Source of the DNA: Piromyces finnis finn
Taxonomy: Eukaryota; Fungi; Neocallimastigomycota
Assembly (NCBI GenBank): GCA_002104945.1
Contig: MCFH01000001.1
Coordinates: forward strand, 1,860,001-1,924,000
DNA: 64,000 bases
Direction: 5' to 3'
Below, piece by piece: positions 29,001-41,350 of the stretch. Each line of letters begins with the position of its first letter. Position 1 is the stretch's first letter. The notes under the pieces were generated by a model. That model searched no databases. It was not told the DNA's origin and was given only the letters and a program-made list of their open reading frames with translations. The position numbers and the translations under genes are program-made.

Positions 29001-31186
29001 GCATTTTTATTATGAGATCTAGCTGGGCGAGCTTTAACTGGATCTAAACTTAATTTTCCAACTTCCTAAAAGTACGTATAACAATAATTTTTATTTTTTT
29101 ATATATTAGGATTTATTATATATTATATATTTAAATAAAAATGATAGTTATTTATATATAAACCTTTGTTAAACCATTAATCCATTCTTCGGTGCTAATT
29201 TTTTTTTAATTTAATTATTATGATGTGTATATTGAGTTAATATAAATAATATATTATATATTTTGAATAAATCTAATTATATTTGTGTAATGTGTAGGTT
29301 ACAACGTATTTTACCTTAAAGAACATTCATCACCTTTGGTATCTGGGAAAATTTCTGGAATAAAGTTTCTCATATTAGTTCTTGGTACAGTAATACTAAC
29401 TGTAATATATAATTAAAAATTAAAATAAATAAAAATATTAAAATGTTTAATAATGAGTTTCTTTTTAACAATTTTATTAATGTTAAACTACTTAAATACA
29501 TACTAGGAGTAATAGTATCCTTAGTGACTTGAAGAAGACGACCAACTTCACATTTCATAACATCTAAAGCTCTCTTTGGTACAAAGCCAACACCATTGAA
29601 ATTACTATTTGTTACTATCAATTGATTATTATCTTCTAAATTGTTATTTCTTAATTCATATTTAAGAAGAATATTATTTCCCTATATGATTAAATTAAAT
29701 TATTAGCATATATATTTCATTTTATTAAGACAACATATATATTAATTTCTAATTATTATATATAGTTCATTTTTAAATAATTTAGTATTTTTTAAATTAC
29801 CTTTCCACAAATATATAAAAGGTTAGTATCGGAATCAAATATTGGCATTAAAATACCTGGACTGAAGGACATTCTTGAGGAAAATAGAGTCGAACTCATA
29901 TTTCTTGAATCCCACAAGAAGATTTCTCTATCTCTTGTCTTTTCATTATTCCAGTAAAATAAATATATATTATATATGTTATAATGGAAAAGATAATTAT
30001 AAAATATTTATTTAAAGTTTTAACATAGAGTTTGCTTATACAATATTAATCTATATCTATATCCATAAATATATTTATTTTACTTACTCTACTGAAACCA
30101 GTAGTAACAATATTGTTAGTATTACCAAGCCATAAAGCTCTCGTAGCTTTTGATCCCGGATGTCCATTACCAGTAATAGAAGTACCGGAACTTCTTGGAT
30201 CGATGATTTCTAAACCATTTCCGTTAGCTTTTGTAGATTTAACGAACATACTACCATCTTCCTTCCTATTTATATTTTTTTTTTTAAAAAAAAAGTTAAA
30301 AATTGTATTATCAATATTATTCTAATTGCTTAAAAGATAGTATATAAATATTTATTTATTTATAAATTCCAAATATATATATTAATAATTTTTGAAATTT
30401 TCTTGAATTTAATTTTAATTATTTAAAAATTGTATTTAAAATAAAAAGTTGAAATTTTATTTTAACCATTATGCTTATATTTTATAATATATAGTTGAAT
30501 GAGTATGTATTTACTTTTAAGCATTATTAAATACTTTTGTAATTTTTTTTATTATTATTTTGTTTTATTCTATCCTCTCACTTCACATAAAATTTTTATA
30601 TTTTATTAAAATTAAAATATTATATTTATTTTTACCATGAATAATATTGAATTTCATTGTCTGAATTAAAAGTATTAATAACTTTTTCGTTTTCAATATC
30701 CCATAAATAAATATTATTTGAGGTAGCTGTTGAAACAATGTTTTCTACAGTTGGATGAAATTGAACTATATTGACGCCCGAGTCATCGTCATGAACTAAA
30801 GTAGTTAATGCACTATTTATATTTTCAGTTATACCATTTTCTGGGATTTCCCAAAGTTTTAAAGTTTTATCACTGGATACCGAGGCAAGATAGTCATAAG
30901 CAAATGGAGAGAATTGAATGTCATTTACAGTATTAGAATGAGCTTGAATATTTGGTCTATTCATAGCAATAACTCCATTACCGAGTTTTTCATATTCGGT
31001 AAGTGATAATACACCAATATTATTACCATTAGATTTATAACTCATAAAATGCTGACTTGCTGTTATCATATTACAAGAGTCAAGACCATCTGTATTCAGT
31101 GTTGTTCCTGGAAAAGATAAAGTCTTATCTTTATCTAATTTAGCGACTACATTTCTGTATTTTGAAAAAATATTGAAACGTTTCAT
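26069..31186 (-). CDS. CORO7: Tandem coronin (coronin-7/POD-1 type): two WD40 coronin modules, repeat-containing linker, C-terminal acidic CA motif; multi-exon
   Basis: N-terminus FSKYRNV; first propeller (HSNTVNDIQFSPF, QFHPTVEN, SWKEDG, TTGFS, PKRALDVMKCEV, FHSELFPDT); second module (SSYRFMSG, WNYDGTKLATICRDKKLRI, FQDDLFPLT). The gene ends EGLDDDEW|D* via a final micro-exon at 26069-26074. Confidence 0.9.
28665..28832 (-). repeat. Four 42-bp coding tandem repeats (RANPLNNSSDSINR) in the coronin-7 linker
   Basis: tttaatggatta unit starts at 28665, 28707, 28749 and 28791. Confidence 0.92.
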
Positions 31187-31940
31187 TTTTTTTTTTTTTT
31201 TTTTTTAATTTTTAATTAATTAATAATTATATGAATTTCTATTATTTAAAAAAAAAGTTGTTATTATTTTTATTGAAATTTCAAGGCAATAACAAAAGTA
31301 AAATGTTTATTATAAGTTTTAATAACATTCAAATAGAATTAACATTTAGTTATAATAAAAATATAATTATTATTTTATTAATTAGTTTGTATAGATAATA
31401 TATATATTATAGCAATTTAAATTAGTTGTTACAATGATTGCTAATAATAAAAATTATATTAAATGAAATGTTAATGTTTTTAATTACTTTTATTCTCCTT
31501 ATAAGATTTTATTTTATTTATTTTATATCAATTTATTTTGTTCTTTTATATTTATTTATTTATTTATTTATTTTTTTCTTCTTACAGATAACTATATTTT
31601 AAAGAATGATGTATGTTACATATATTCAAATATATTTTTTTATTTATTTATTTTATTTTTTTAAAAAACAAAAAATAAAAATAAAAAAAATATTATTAAA
31701 AAAAAATTTTAAATTTTTTTTTAAATATTTGAAAATAGTTTTATATAAAATGTATTTTTGCATTTTTTAATATTAAACATTTTTTCCCCTATCAAATCTT
31801 AATTTCAGTTCAGTTTCAAAAATAAAAATAAAATAATAATAATAATAATATTAAAATTGAATTAAAATGATATAACATCACAAAGATATTTCAATATTTA
31901 TTGATAATTAAATTAATTTTATAGATATCAATATATCAAT

Positions 31941-33333
31941 ATGGAAAAGCAATTTTCTTTAAGAATTGTAAATATCATAATAATATATATTTGAACATTT
32001 TTATTGAATTTATATAAAAAGTGCCATTTATACACATATAATATATATTATAACTTAATACATATTTTAATAATTCAATACATATTCTACATAATTATAG
32101 GAATCAGACTATAGCTTATTACCTGAAGTTGTAAAATCTGTATTACATACAATTTTCTTTCATAGAATAATGACATTAATTACACCAGTTGGTATTCGTT
32201 GTTTTCAATTTAAATAAAATTACTTGAGTATCAAGAAAGTGTTATTAAAATATTTTTTAAATAATAATATTATTGGTCATTCAATTTTAAACTTTTCTAA
32301 AATTTAGAAGTTCAATTGGAGTATGGTATTCAATATGTACATATTATTAATATCTATAAATAATTTATATGTTTCATTAGAAAAAAAAAAAAGATAATAA
32401 TAGTATATTTTTTTATTGAATAGTAAATTAAAATATACATTATATATTATATTTTTAATTCTATTTTTTTTATTAATATTAATATTAATATTAATATAAT
32501 TAATAATAATAATAAAAAAAAAAAAAAAAAATGAAACATAAAAATTACTTTTAATATATAAAGGTTAAGGTCAATGATTTTGAAATTGAAGAAATAATTA
32601 ATCAAAAAACACAACAATTTATTGAATTAGAAACCTTTAAATTAAATAAAGTCGCAAAAGAAGAAAGGGTATTTAAACCATTTCATTATTATTTTTAAAG
32701 AGTTAAAATTGAATTTGAAATGAATTTATTATTGATACTAACGATAATTATGAATGATAGATTGAAGTTCGTTTTGAAAAACAAAATTTTTTAAAAAATA
32801 TATGCTGGGAACAGTGGAATTTAGATTTTAGTGTCAAAAATATTGGTAAGCATAATATAAATATTATTATATTTAATAATAACAAATATATTATACTATG
32901 ATGCATATAATTAAAATACACTTTACTATGCTTCTGAATAAAGATGATAAGCAAAAAATATTAACAAATTTAGAAGAGGTACTTATAAAGATATCTCAAT
33001 ATGCTAATAAATACAAAAGTCATATTCCTCAATTAACTTCACAAGAAAAAAATTTTCCATATGAGGTTTATTTAATTTTTATTAAATATTAATATATATT
33101 GTATATATTTAAAATGAAAATTATTAATATATATTATTACATTAAAAATTTATTATAGATTGTTATAAATTGTGATGGATGGAATAAGGTATAAATATAC
33201 TCACTAATATTATAATATTATAATGTAGTTCATATATAATATTTTTTTTAACTAATTTATCTAAATTTATTTACTTTTTATAAAAAAGAAGCTGAGAAAA
33301 ATGTGGTCGTCACCTCAGCTTTCTAATAAATAA
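31941..33333 (+). CDS. ATG101: Autophagy protein Atg101 (HORMA), 177 aa; exons 31941-31967, 32101-32191, 32308-32336, 32564-32668, 32761-32845, 32944-33065, 33159-33188, 33289-33333
   Basis: Manually spliced with all GT-AG introns in phase. Motifs EVVKSVLHTIFFHR, ICWEQW, ISQYANKYKSHIP, NFPYEI match Atg101 (human VLHTVLLHR, IPWEVW, MNRHEYLP, PYLYKI). Confidence 0.88.
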
Positions 33334-33692
33334 TATATTCTTATTCCATTTATTTATATATAATTTTTATTTTTCATTTATTTATTATTTACTTATTTAT
33401 TTCATTAAGCAAATGCTTCATCTTTATTATTTGAAGATATTAATATGGAACAAAATAACAAAATTACTATTTCTTATTTTTATTAAAATAAAGAATTTTT
33501 ATTTATTAATACTTCAATGGATTTATCAACAATAATATTTTTTTTTTATTCTTTTTTATTCTTCCTTTCTTTTTTTTTTCAATAAGTTTTTAGAAAAAGT
33601 TTTAAATTAAAAAGAATTATTCTAATTTGAAAAAAAGGTAAAGAAAAATTAATTTAGAATTTTATTTTTATCCTTTATATAGATTGGATTAT

Positions 33693-35344
33693 TTAGAGAC
33701 GTCTACTACTTTGTCTGTCTGGTAACTCATTATTATATTGTTGATAGTTACCATTATATTGATTATTACTAACTAAGAAAGTCATAGGTAATACACCAAC
33801 CATTCTGGTTCTACTATTTCTACCAAAGGCCCAACCATCATCAAATGTTTGAACAATGATTACTTCATCATCTTGCTCAATAGCTAATTCATCAGGTTGT
33901 CTTGGAGTAAAGGATGAAATAGCGTAATATCTAGTTGGTGGGATAAGACCTTTTTGGTTAATTTCAGAATCACCTTCAAGGGTAGTAGCATCACTAGTAC
34001 TAATTTGTGTTTGATTCATTTGTTGTTGCATTTGTTGTTGTAATTGCATTTGTTGCTGTAATTGCATTTGTTGCATTTGTTGCATTTGTTGCATTTGCTG
34101 CATTTGCTGCATTTGTTGTTGCATTTGACTATTGTTATTGAACATCATTTGTTGGTTTTGTTGTTGATATTGATTATTATAACCATTCATATCTGAATAA
34201 TTATTCATATTTTGTTGATTATAATTATTTATTTGTTGTTGTTGTTGTTGTTGTTGTTGTTGATTATTATCATTACTCTTGGTTAAAGTACCATAATAAT
34301 ATTGTTGAGATGGATTAGAATAATTACCATAATATGGTTCTTGTGGATAACTACTGTAACTTTTTTGTGATTCTTGATAATTTGGAGGCTGGATATTTAT
34401 TTCTGCATTATAGTCTGTACCATTATAGTTGTTATTTTGATCTTGTACTTGTTGGACTTCTTGAGTACTTTGTTATTCAGTCACAATAATTTAAATTAAA
34501 AAAAAAAATAGTTTTTCATTTAAAGTAAAATAATTTTTTAATTAAAATATTATTGATGTTTTTTATAATAATTATAATTATAATATACTTACTTTGAATT
34601 ATCTTTATTATCATTTATATTTAACATTTCTAATTGAGTATTTAATTTAATTGAATTATCGTAGTTTACATCTAAATTATTGTTGTTATTATTATTTTCA
34701 GTAGTGAGATTATTATAATTAACTGGTTCTTGATAAACATAGTTATTTGGAACATTATTATTATAATTATAATTGTTACTATAATTTTCTGTAGTATTGT
34801 AATAATCTTGAGTATAATTATCTGTTAATGAATATTTGGTTGGTTGAGCTTGCTCATTAAAATTATTTTGGGAAGAATAATTATTGAAATCACTATTGGT
34901 GTTATTCGTAATAACTTGAGACTTTTGCTCCTTCTTTTTATTGCTATTAGTTTTAGCAACTTGTTCTGCATTAATTAAAGCAACTTCTAAATCCTTTACT
35001 AATTTATCCATTCTATTTTCTAAAGCATCAAAATTTTCACCCTTTGATTTTACAATACGTTGGAAAGGACCACTCTTTTTCTCCTTTACATTTAATAAAC
35101 TTGATTTAATATCCGAATTCAACATTTTAATCTTGTTTATGCTTAAACTTAATGGAGCAATAGAATTACCATCATCTTCTCCAGCATAAATATCTTCTAA
35201 AATCTTTAATAAAGGTTCAATCATTGTAGATCTTTTATATAAATTTTGAAGTTCTTTAGATGCAATTTGGTATTTTGCATTAAGTTCTCTTTGAATTGAA
35301 ACTTGGCTATTACCACTAGTATTGGTGTTGAAGTAACTATCCAT
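33693..35344 (-). CDS. Protein with N-terminal helical bundle, long N/Q/Y-rich low-complexity middle and C-terminal SH3 domain; exons ~35344-34593 and ~34468-33693
   Basis: A GT-AG intron joins the two ORF-track ORFs in phase. SH3: YAISSFTPRQPDELAIEQDDEVIIVQTFDDGWAFGRNSRTRMVGVLPMTFL. Poly-Q/QM tracts in the middle. Confidence 0.85.
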
Positions 35345-36883
35345 TTTGAATACTTCTTTTTAGGTTTATATTTTATATTTGTTTATTGAGATACTGTAAT
35401 TATATATTTTATTTTGATAGATTTTAAAACAATATAAAAGGAAATATAATTTTTCTTTTTTTATAATATATACTTTTTATTTTCCTTCTTCTTTATTCAC
35501 TTTTTTAGATATCAATTATTTTCACTACTAAAAAAATAGAATTGTGATTGAAGAAAGAATTATAAATTATATTTTTCAAAACAACTTTGGATTTTATTTT
35601 TTTTTTTTTATAGTGTTTATAAAAGAATGTTTATTTATTTTTATTTACTTATATATAATTTGATGCTTAATTTATTTTTGTTTTATAAATATATAGCAAT
35701 TATTATAAATGGTTTGTTAACAATAAATATATAAATTTGAAAATGTGTAACAAGTTCTTTTTTTATTATTTTGATTTGTTCTTTCACCTTTTATAATTAA
35801 ATTATAATGTCAAAAGAATGTTCATAAAAAAAAAATATTTTCGATACTATTTTTTATATATAATTAATTTATTAATATAAATTTTATTTATAATTAATAT
35901 AATAAATTATTTCATTTTTAAGTACTATTAAAATTCACAGTTTAATAAATATTTTAAATAAATATAAAATATTATTATTATTAAATATTGTATAAGAAAA
36001 TATTTAATAATAATAAAGTATTTGTTTATATAATAATGAATTTATTAAATAAATAATATTCAATATTTTTATTATTCTTTTAAACCTTTTATTTCACCAC
36101 TTAAAAAACACCTATAAAACTCTAGGAACAAAGAAAAAAAAATGTAGTAATTAAAAACTAAAATTTATTATTTAAATAAAAATATAATGGAAATCTTAAT
36201 AATTATTTTATTATCACCATAAATAGATTTGTGTTACATTAAAATCAATTAACAGTAATATATTAGATTATATTGAATTAAAAGTTAATATATAAAACCA
36301 AATCATATTAGATAAAATTAAATGATTAAATATAATATATTAAGCTATTATTTATTTCCTATATTTTATTGATATAATCAATTTATAGTATTATATTTTA
36401 CAATATATATTAAATGTCATTTTAAAAATTTATATTGATTATTTATTCATATACATTTTAATATAAATAATAAGTAAAAATAACTATCCACATTATGCAA
36501 AGGATTAGAAGTTTACAAAAAGAGTAAAGTAAAAAATAAATTTTATATATTATTATTCTTTTGAATAAATAATATAGTTTTTATATTCATTTTATTATAA
36601 CAAGTTTTTTAGCCATTTTTAAAATAAAAACAATGAAGTAAAGAAATTATATACATTCTAAAAAGCAACATCACATTATTATATTATTATAAAACTATTA
36701 AAACTATTATTATAATTCAAAGTAGGTAGTGAGGATTAGTATAATCATTAATATTAGGTTTAGAATTCCCTACCATTGACCAACCAGTTATCATGATTTA
36801 ATATAATAATTGTTCTGTGATTCAAAAATTTATATTAAATAGAATTATTAAAGTCACATCTTTTAATATTTATTTAAAGAATT

Positions 36884-36966
36884 ATTTATTCATTCATTTA
36901 ATTATTTAATTAATTAATTATATATTCATTCATTTAATTATTTAATTAATTAATTATATATTCATT
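36884..36966. repeat. Short tandem duplication (~38-bp unit, two copies) of ttcattcatttaattatttaattaattaattatata
   Basis: Direct reading. Confidence 0.7.
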
Positions 36967-37175
36967 TATTTACAAAGCTATTTAGTTAGTAAATTATTTA
37001 AATAATTATTTATTTATTCACTTATTCAATTAATAAGACATTTTTTATTATTTCAACGATGATTATGCTATAGAAATAATTACTAGGGAAATAAAAAAGA
37101 GAAAATAGTATGATAACAGTTTTTATAAACTTTTTATGTTTTTATTATTAATTAAATAGTATGAAATATTTTTTA

Positions 37176-37243
<68 letters not shown>

Positions 37244-37833
37244 GTTAATATATGTAATAAAAATACTAGTACAAAAATTTAAAATAATATTTTTTTCTTA
37301 AAAAAATTTAAAAGAAAATTAAATAAAAAAGTTAAAATGAGTATTAAATATTCATTCGTGTGAAAAACATTAATCAATATTAAAACACAATAAAATAAAA
37401 TTTATAAAATCAAAATACTTAAAAACAGATTTATATAAAATAAAAAGAAAACTAAGATGTTAATATACGAAACATTAATATTTAATATTAATCTTGTGTA
37501 TCTTTCATATAAATTATGGATAACCGATTTCAATTCAATTATCCCAATTTATATATATAGTGATTATTCATTTTTCTTTTATATATACGAATATATATAT
37601 TTTTTTCAATAATTTTATTTTTATGTGTTTATTAAAAGTTAATAAGGATAATAATTTCTTTCATAATAAAACAATTTATTATGAATGAAATTAATTATTA
37701 AAGTTTTAAATTTCAATAATATTTTCTATTAGAATAGTGTAAATGTATTTTATTTTTATTTTTATTTTAAATTGAATATTAACATATAATTTTTTAAATT
37801 ACCTTTTTATTTCATTTCATTTATTGTTGAAAG

Positions 37834-40542
37834 TACTACTCTCATTGCTGGTATTATTAAATTCGTGTGAAACTTCGGGAATATTTAGCAAAATTTATAA
37901 TTCCCATTTTATAAAATATACTCGGTAAAATATTTAAACATTTATTTATTTAACACAAAAAAATATGTTGTTAAAAACAATAAAGGACAATAACAAGTTC
38001 ATTATTATAATAAATAATTAATAATTAAAAATTATAAATAATTAATACAGATTAACAAATTATAAAATCAATTAATTATAGTAAATTATATATCATATTT
38101 AATGTTATTAAATGTAAATATTAATAAATGTTAAATTTTATATAACAGAAATGAAAAAGAAAAAGGAATTACTTGTGGAGTTAATACAATCCTCTCGGTA
38201 TTATTATCTTTACTTATAATTCAAATGGAAAATGAAAATCCAGTTTGGTTTAGTAAATAATCTTTTTTATATAAAAATATTTCAAAAATAAAAATTGATA
38301 TTCATCTCATTCTTTAACATTACAATAATATTATATTTTCCCTTTGGAACAATTATGTATTATAAAGGATATTTATTTTATTGTCTAAATTTGACAATTT
38401 TATTTTCATATTGCTATTGGATACTTAATATACTAATAAGAATACAAACGTATTATTTAAAGATAGTTGTTTGTACAATTTCAATAACAATTCTATATTT
38501 TATAATATCAAACTGCGCTGAGTATTCTGGTAATAGATAAAATGAATATTAGTAATATAAACCTTTTAATTGCAATTTGTACATTTTATGTAACTTTATT
38601 ACCACAATTCTATATTTAATAGCTCTAATTCAGTATTAATATTAATAATTATTTTTTTCATATTATATATTAAAAAAAAAAAGATATTTCAAGATGGTAT
38701 TACACACTCCCATGTTTATTCTGTGGAATAATTTATTATTTCTTAATAGTTAACATTAAAGGAAGCTTCACTCTTAGTGAAGGTTCTATCGTAGCTCAAG
38801 GCTTTACTTTATTATTTAATGATTCAATATTATATTGTACTCAAAAGGTAATATTGAGTTTCATTCTATTGATAGCAATTACCAAACATTCGTTTTATAC
38901 TGAAAATTTTTTCTTTTAATAATAAAAATAAAAATCTTTTGACTTTCCATATATTATAGTTAAATATTATAAGACATCCAGAAATTTTTGATTTTGATCG
39001 TTCAAATATCTTTGCCATGTTAGAAGTTCTAATTGTTGGCTCAATTATATGTTATTTTATTTTATATCCTTTATTCCAAAGATCTCTTTCAAATTATCAT
39101 AAATGGAAAGATCATCACTATTTATTAGAAGATAGAAAAAATTTCAGAAGATTATATCATAAATTTTCTATCAACACTTGGTTTGGTTTTATCGCTTTAA
39201 TTATTATATGTCTTATGCCATACTCAACTTATATTATTAAGGAAAATCCATTTATATGGTATAAAGCATTTTAACAATCTATTACAATTAATATATATTA
39301 AATTGATGAATCTAATTAATTTATGATTATATTATCATCAAACTTATAGGGTAATAAAATATATTTGTCAACCTAGAAGATTATTTTTAATCTCATTATG
39401 GCTTTGTCTTTTAAGTTCTATTGTTATTGCCATGAAATGGTTACTCGGAAAAACAAATACACTTTCCGATCTCAATAATAAAAGAAAATTTTATCATATA
39501 CTTTCAGTATTAATGTTTTTCCCTGGTTATTTAATAGATGTAATATTTTCTATATAAATATTATATGGTTTTTATATAGTCTTGAAATCATAAAATAAAT
39601 ATTAAAATATTTATTTTATAAAATTTAAAATATATTAATATTGATAAACTATTAATAATAACCTATTATGTTTTAATGTTGCTATTGATAATAAAATGAA
39701 AACAGAGAGATTTCATGTTTCTTAGCTTTGCTGTTGCCTTTTGTGCTATGTTAATGATTGAAGTAATTCGTTATTTTAAGGTTTATCCAGTTGGCGTTGC
39801 AATTCATCAATTTATGATTACTTTTATTGATCAAAAAGATACTGGTACAGCTATTCTTTCCCATATTTATTTACTTATTGGTTGTGGTATGCCTGTATGG
39901 TTAAACAGGTAAATCAATAATAAATTAATTATATAAAAATATAAATGGTGATGTGATAATTACTATTCTTTTTTTTTTTTTTTTTAATTATATATATATA
40001 ATTTTTCATATTTTTTAAATGTAAATAGTCTTTCTGATAATATTTTACCGGGTGTCTCTGGTATATTGGCTCTTGGTGTTGGTGATACAATGGTATATAA
40101 GCAGATTTTTTAAAATATTTTTAAAAAATTATATTTTTCTAATATATGCTTTTTTTTTTCTGTTTTTTTAATAGGCTTCTATTATTGGTTATCGCTATGG
40201 AAAAACACATTGGCCGAAGTCAAAAAAGACAGTAGAAGGTACTTGTGGTTTTATTGCGTCTATTACCCTTTTTGTTTTAATTACGAATATAATCTACAAT
40301 TATGGATATTCATTTATTCAAGTAATTATAAAATAACAATATAATATTCATGTATTAATTGTTAAAAAACTAACTCATAAATTATTATAATGTAATTTAT
40401 ATATATTTTTCTTTTAACTTTTATTTAGTGGATCAAATTCATTCTTTTTGTTATATTAACTGGTTTATTAGAAGCAGAATCAAATCAAAATGATAATTTA
40501 ATTTTACCACTCTTTCTATTTTCATTAACATCAACTATATAA
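37834..40542 (+). CDS. SEC59: Dolichol kinase (Sec59/DOLK), multi-exon; true start upstream of 37834 not resolved
   Basis: Spliced motifs RKFYHILSVLMFFPG, FIDQKDTG..ILSHIYLLIGCGMPVW, GILALGVGDTM|ASIIGYRYGKTHWPKSKKTVEGT, QNDNLILPL; stop at 40540-40542. Confidence 0.9.
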
Positions 40543-40736
40543 ATGTAATGTTTTAAACAAAGAAATGATTTATCTATAATACCATAAAATAATATAGAAA
40601 ACTATTAAAATAATAAAATAGAGTTTATTTAATTTCAGCAAAAAAAAAAAAAAAAAAAAAAATAAAATAAAATAAAATAATAAAAAAAAAAAAAAAACAA
40701 ATAATAATAAAATAAAATAATAATAAAATATTAAAG

Positions 40737-40768
<32 letters not shown>

Positions 40769-41350
40769 GAATTATAAAGAAAACAATTATCATTAATTAT
40801 TCTTAATTTATTATATAAACAATTATATATATATAAAAAAAAAAATAAATAAATATTAGATAAAATGATAAAAAGTAAATAAATAATTGTTTTTATTTTT
40901 TAATTATTTGATTTTCTTTTTTTCTTCTTACTTTATTTTATTTTTTTTAATTTTACTTATAGCTTTTTTTTTAAAAATATATATATATATATAAAAAGCT
41001 CTACTAGAATGTCAATCATTTATTCTATGCTATTGCTTTTTTATTATAATATTAGTATCATAAATAAAAAAAAAAAAAAAAAAGATATTATTTTCAAAGA
41101 AAATTATATTTAAAATATTTAAAATAATTAAATGTATCGGTTAGGTATGAATTATAATGAAAAAAAAAAAAGATATTATACAAATATTCATTATGTAACA
41201 AAAAATTTTTGTTTTTTTGTTTTAGTAGTATGAAATATGAAACATTTAAAACATTTGACATTAATTTTTGGAAAAAGATATATAAACAATAAAAAAAAAA
41301 AAAGTGTATATAATAAAACTTTAGGGTTCTGCGTTTTTTTTTTAGTGAAT

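Noticed and set aside
28391-30325. Plus-strand ORFs 28391-28651, 28578-29015 and 30113-30325
   Set aside because: Antisense shadows of coronin exons.
36722-36775. ggtag...ggtttagaattccctacca, resembling a tRNA T-arm and acceptor stem
   Set aside because: Only ~50 nt, no D or anticodon arm, and the TTCG core is absent.
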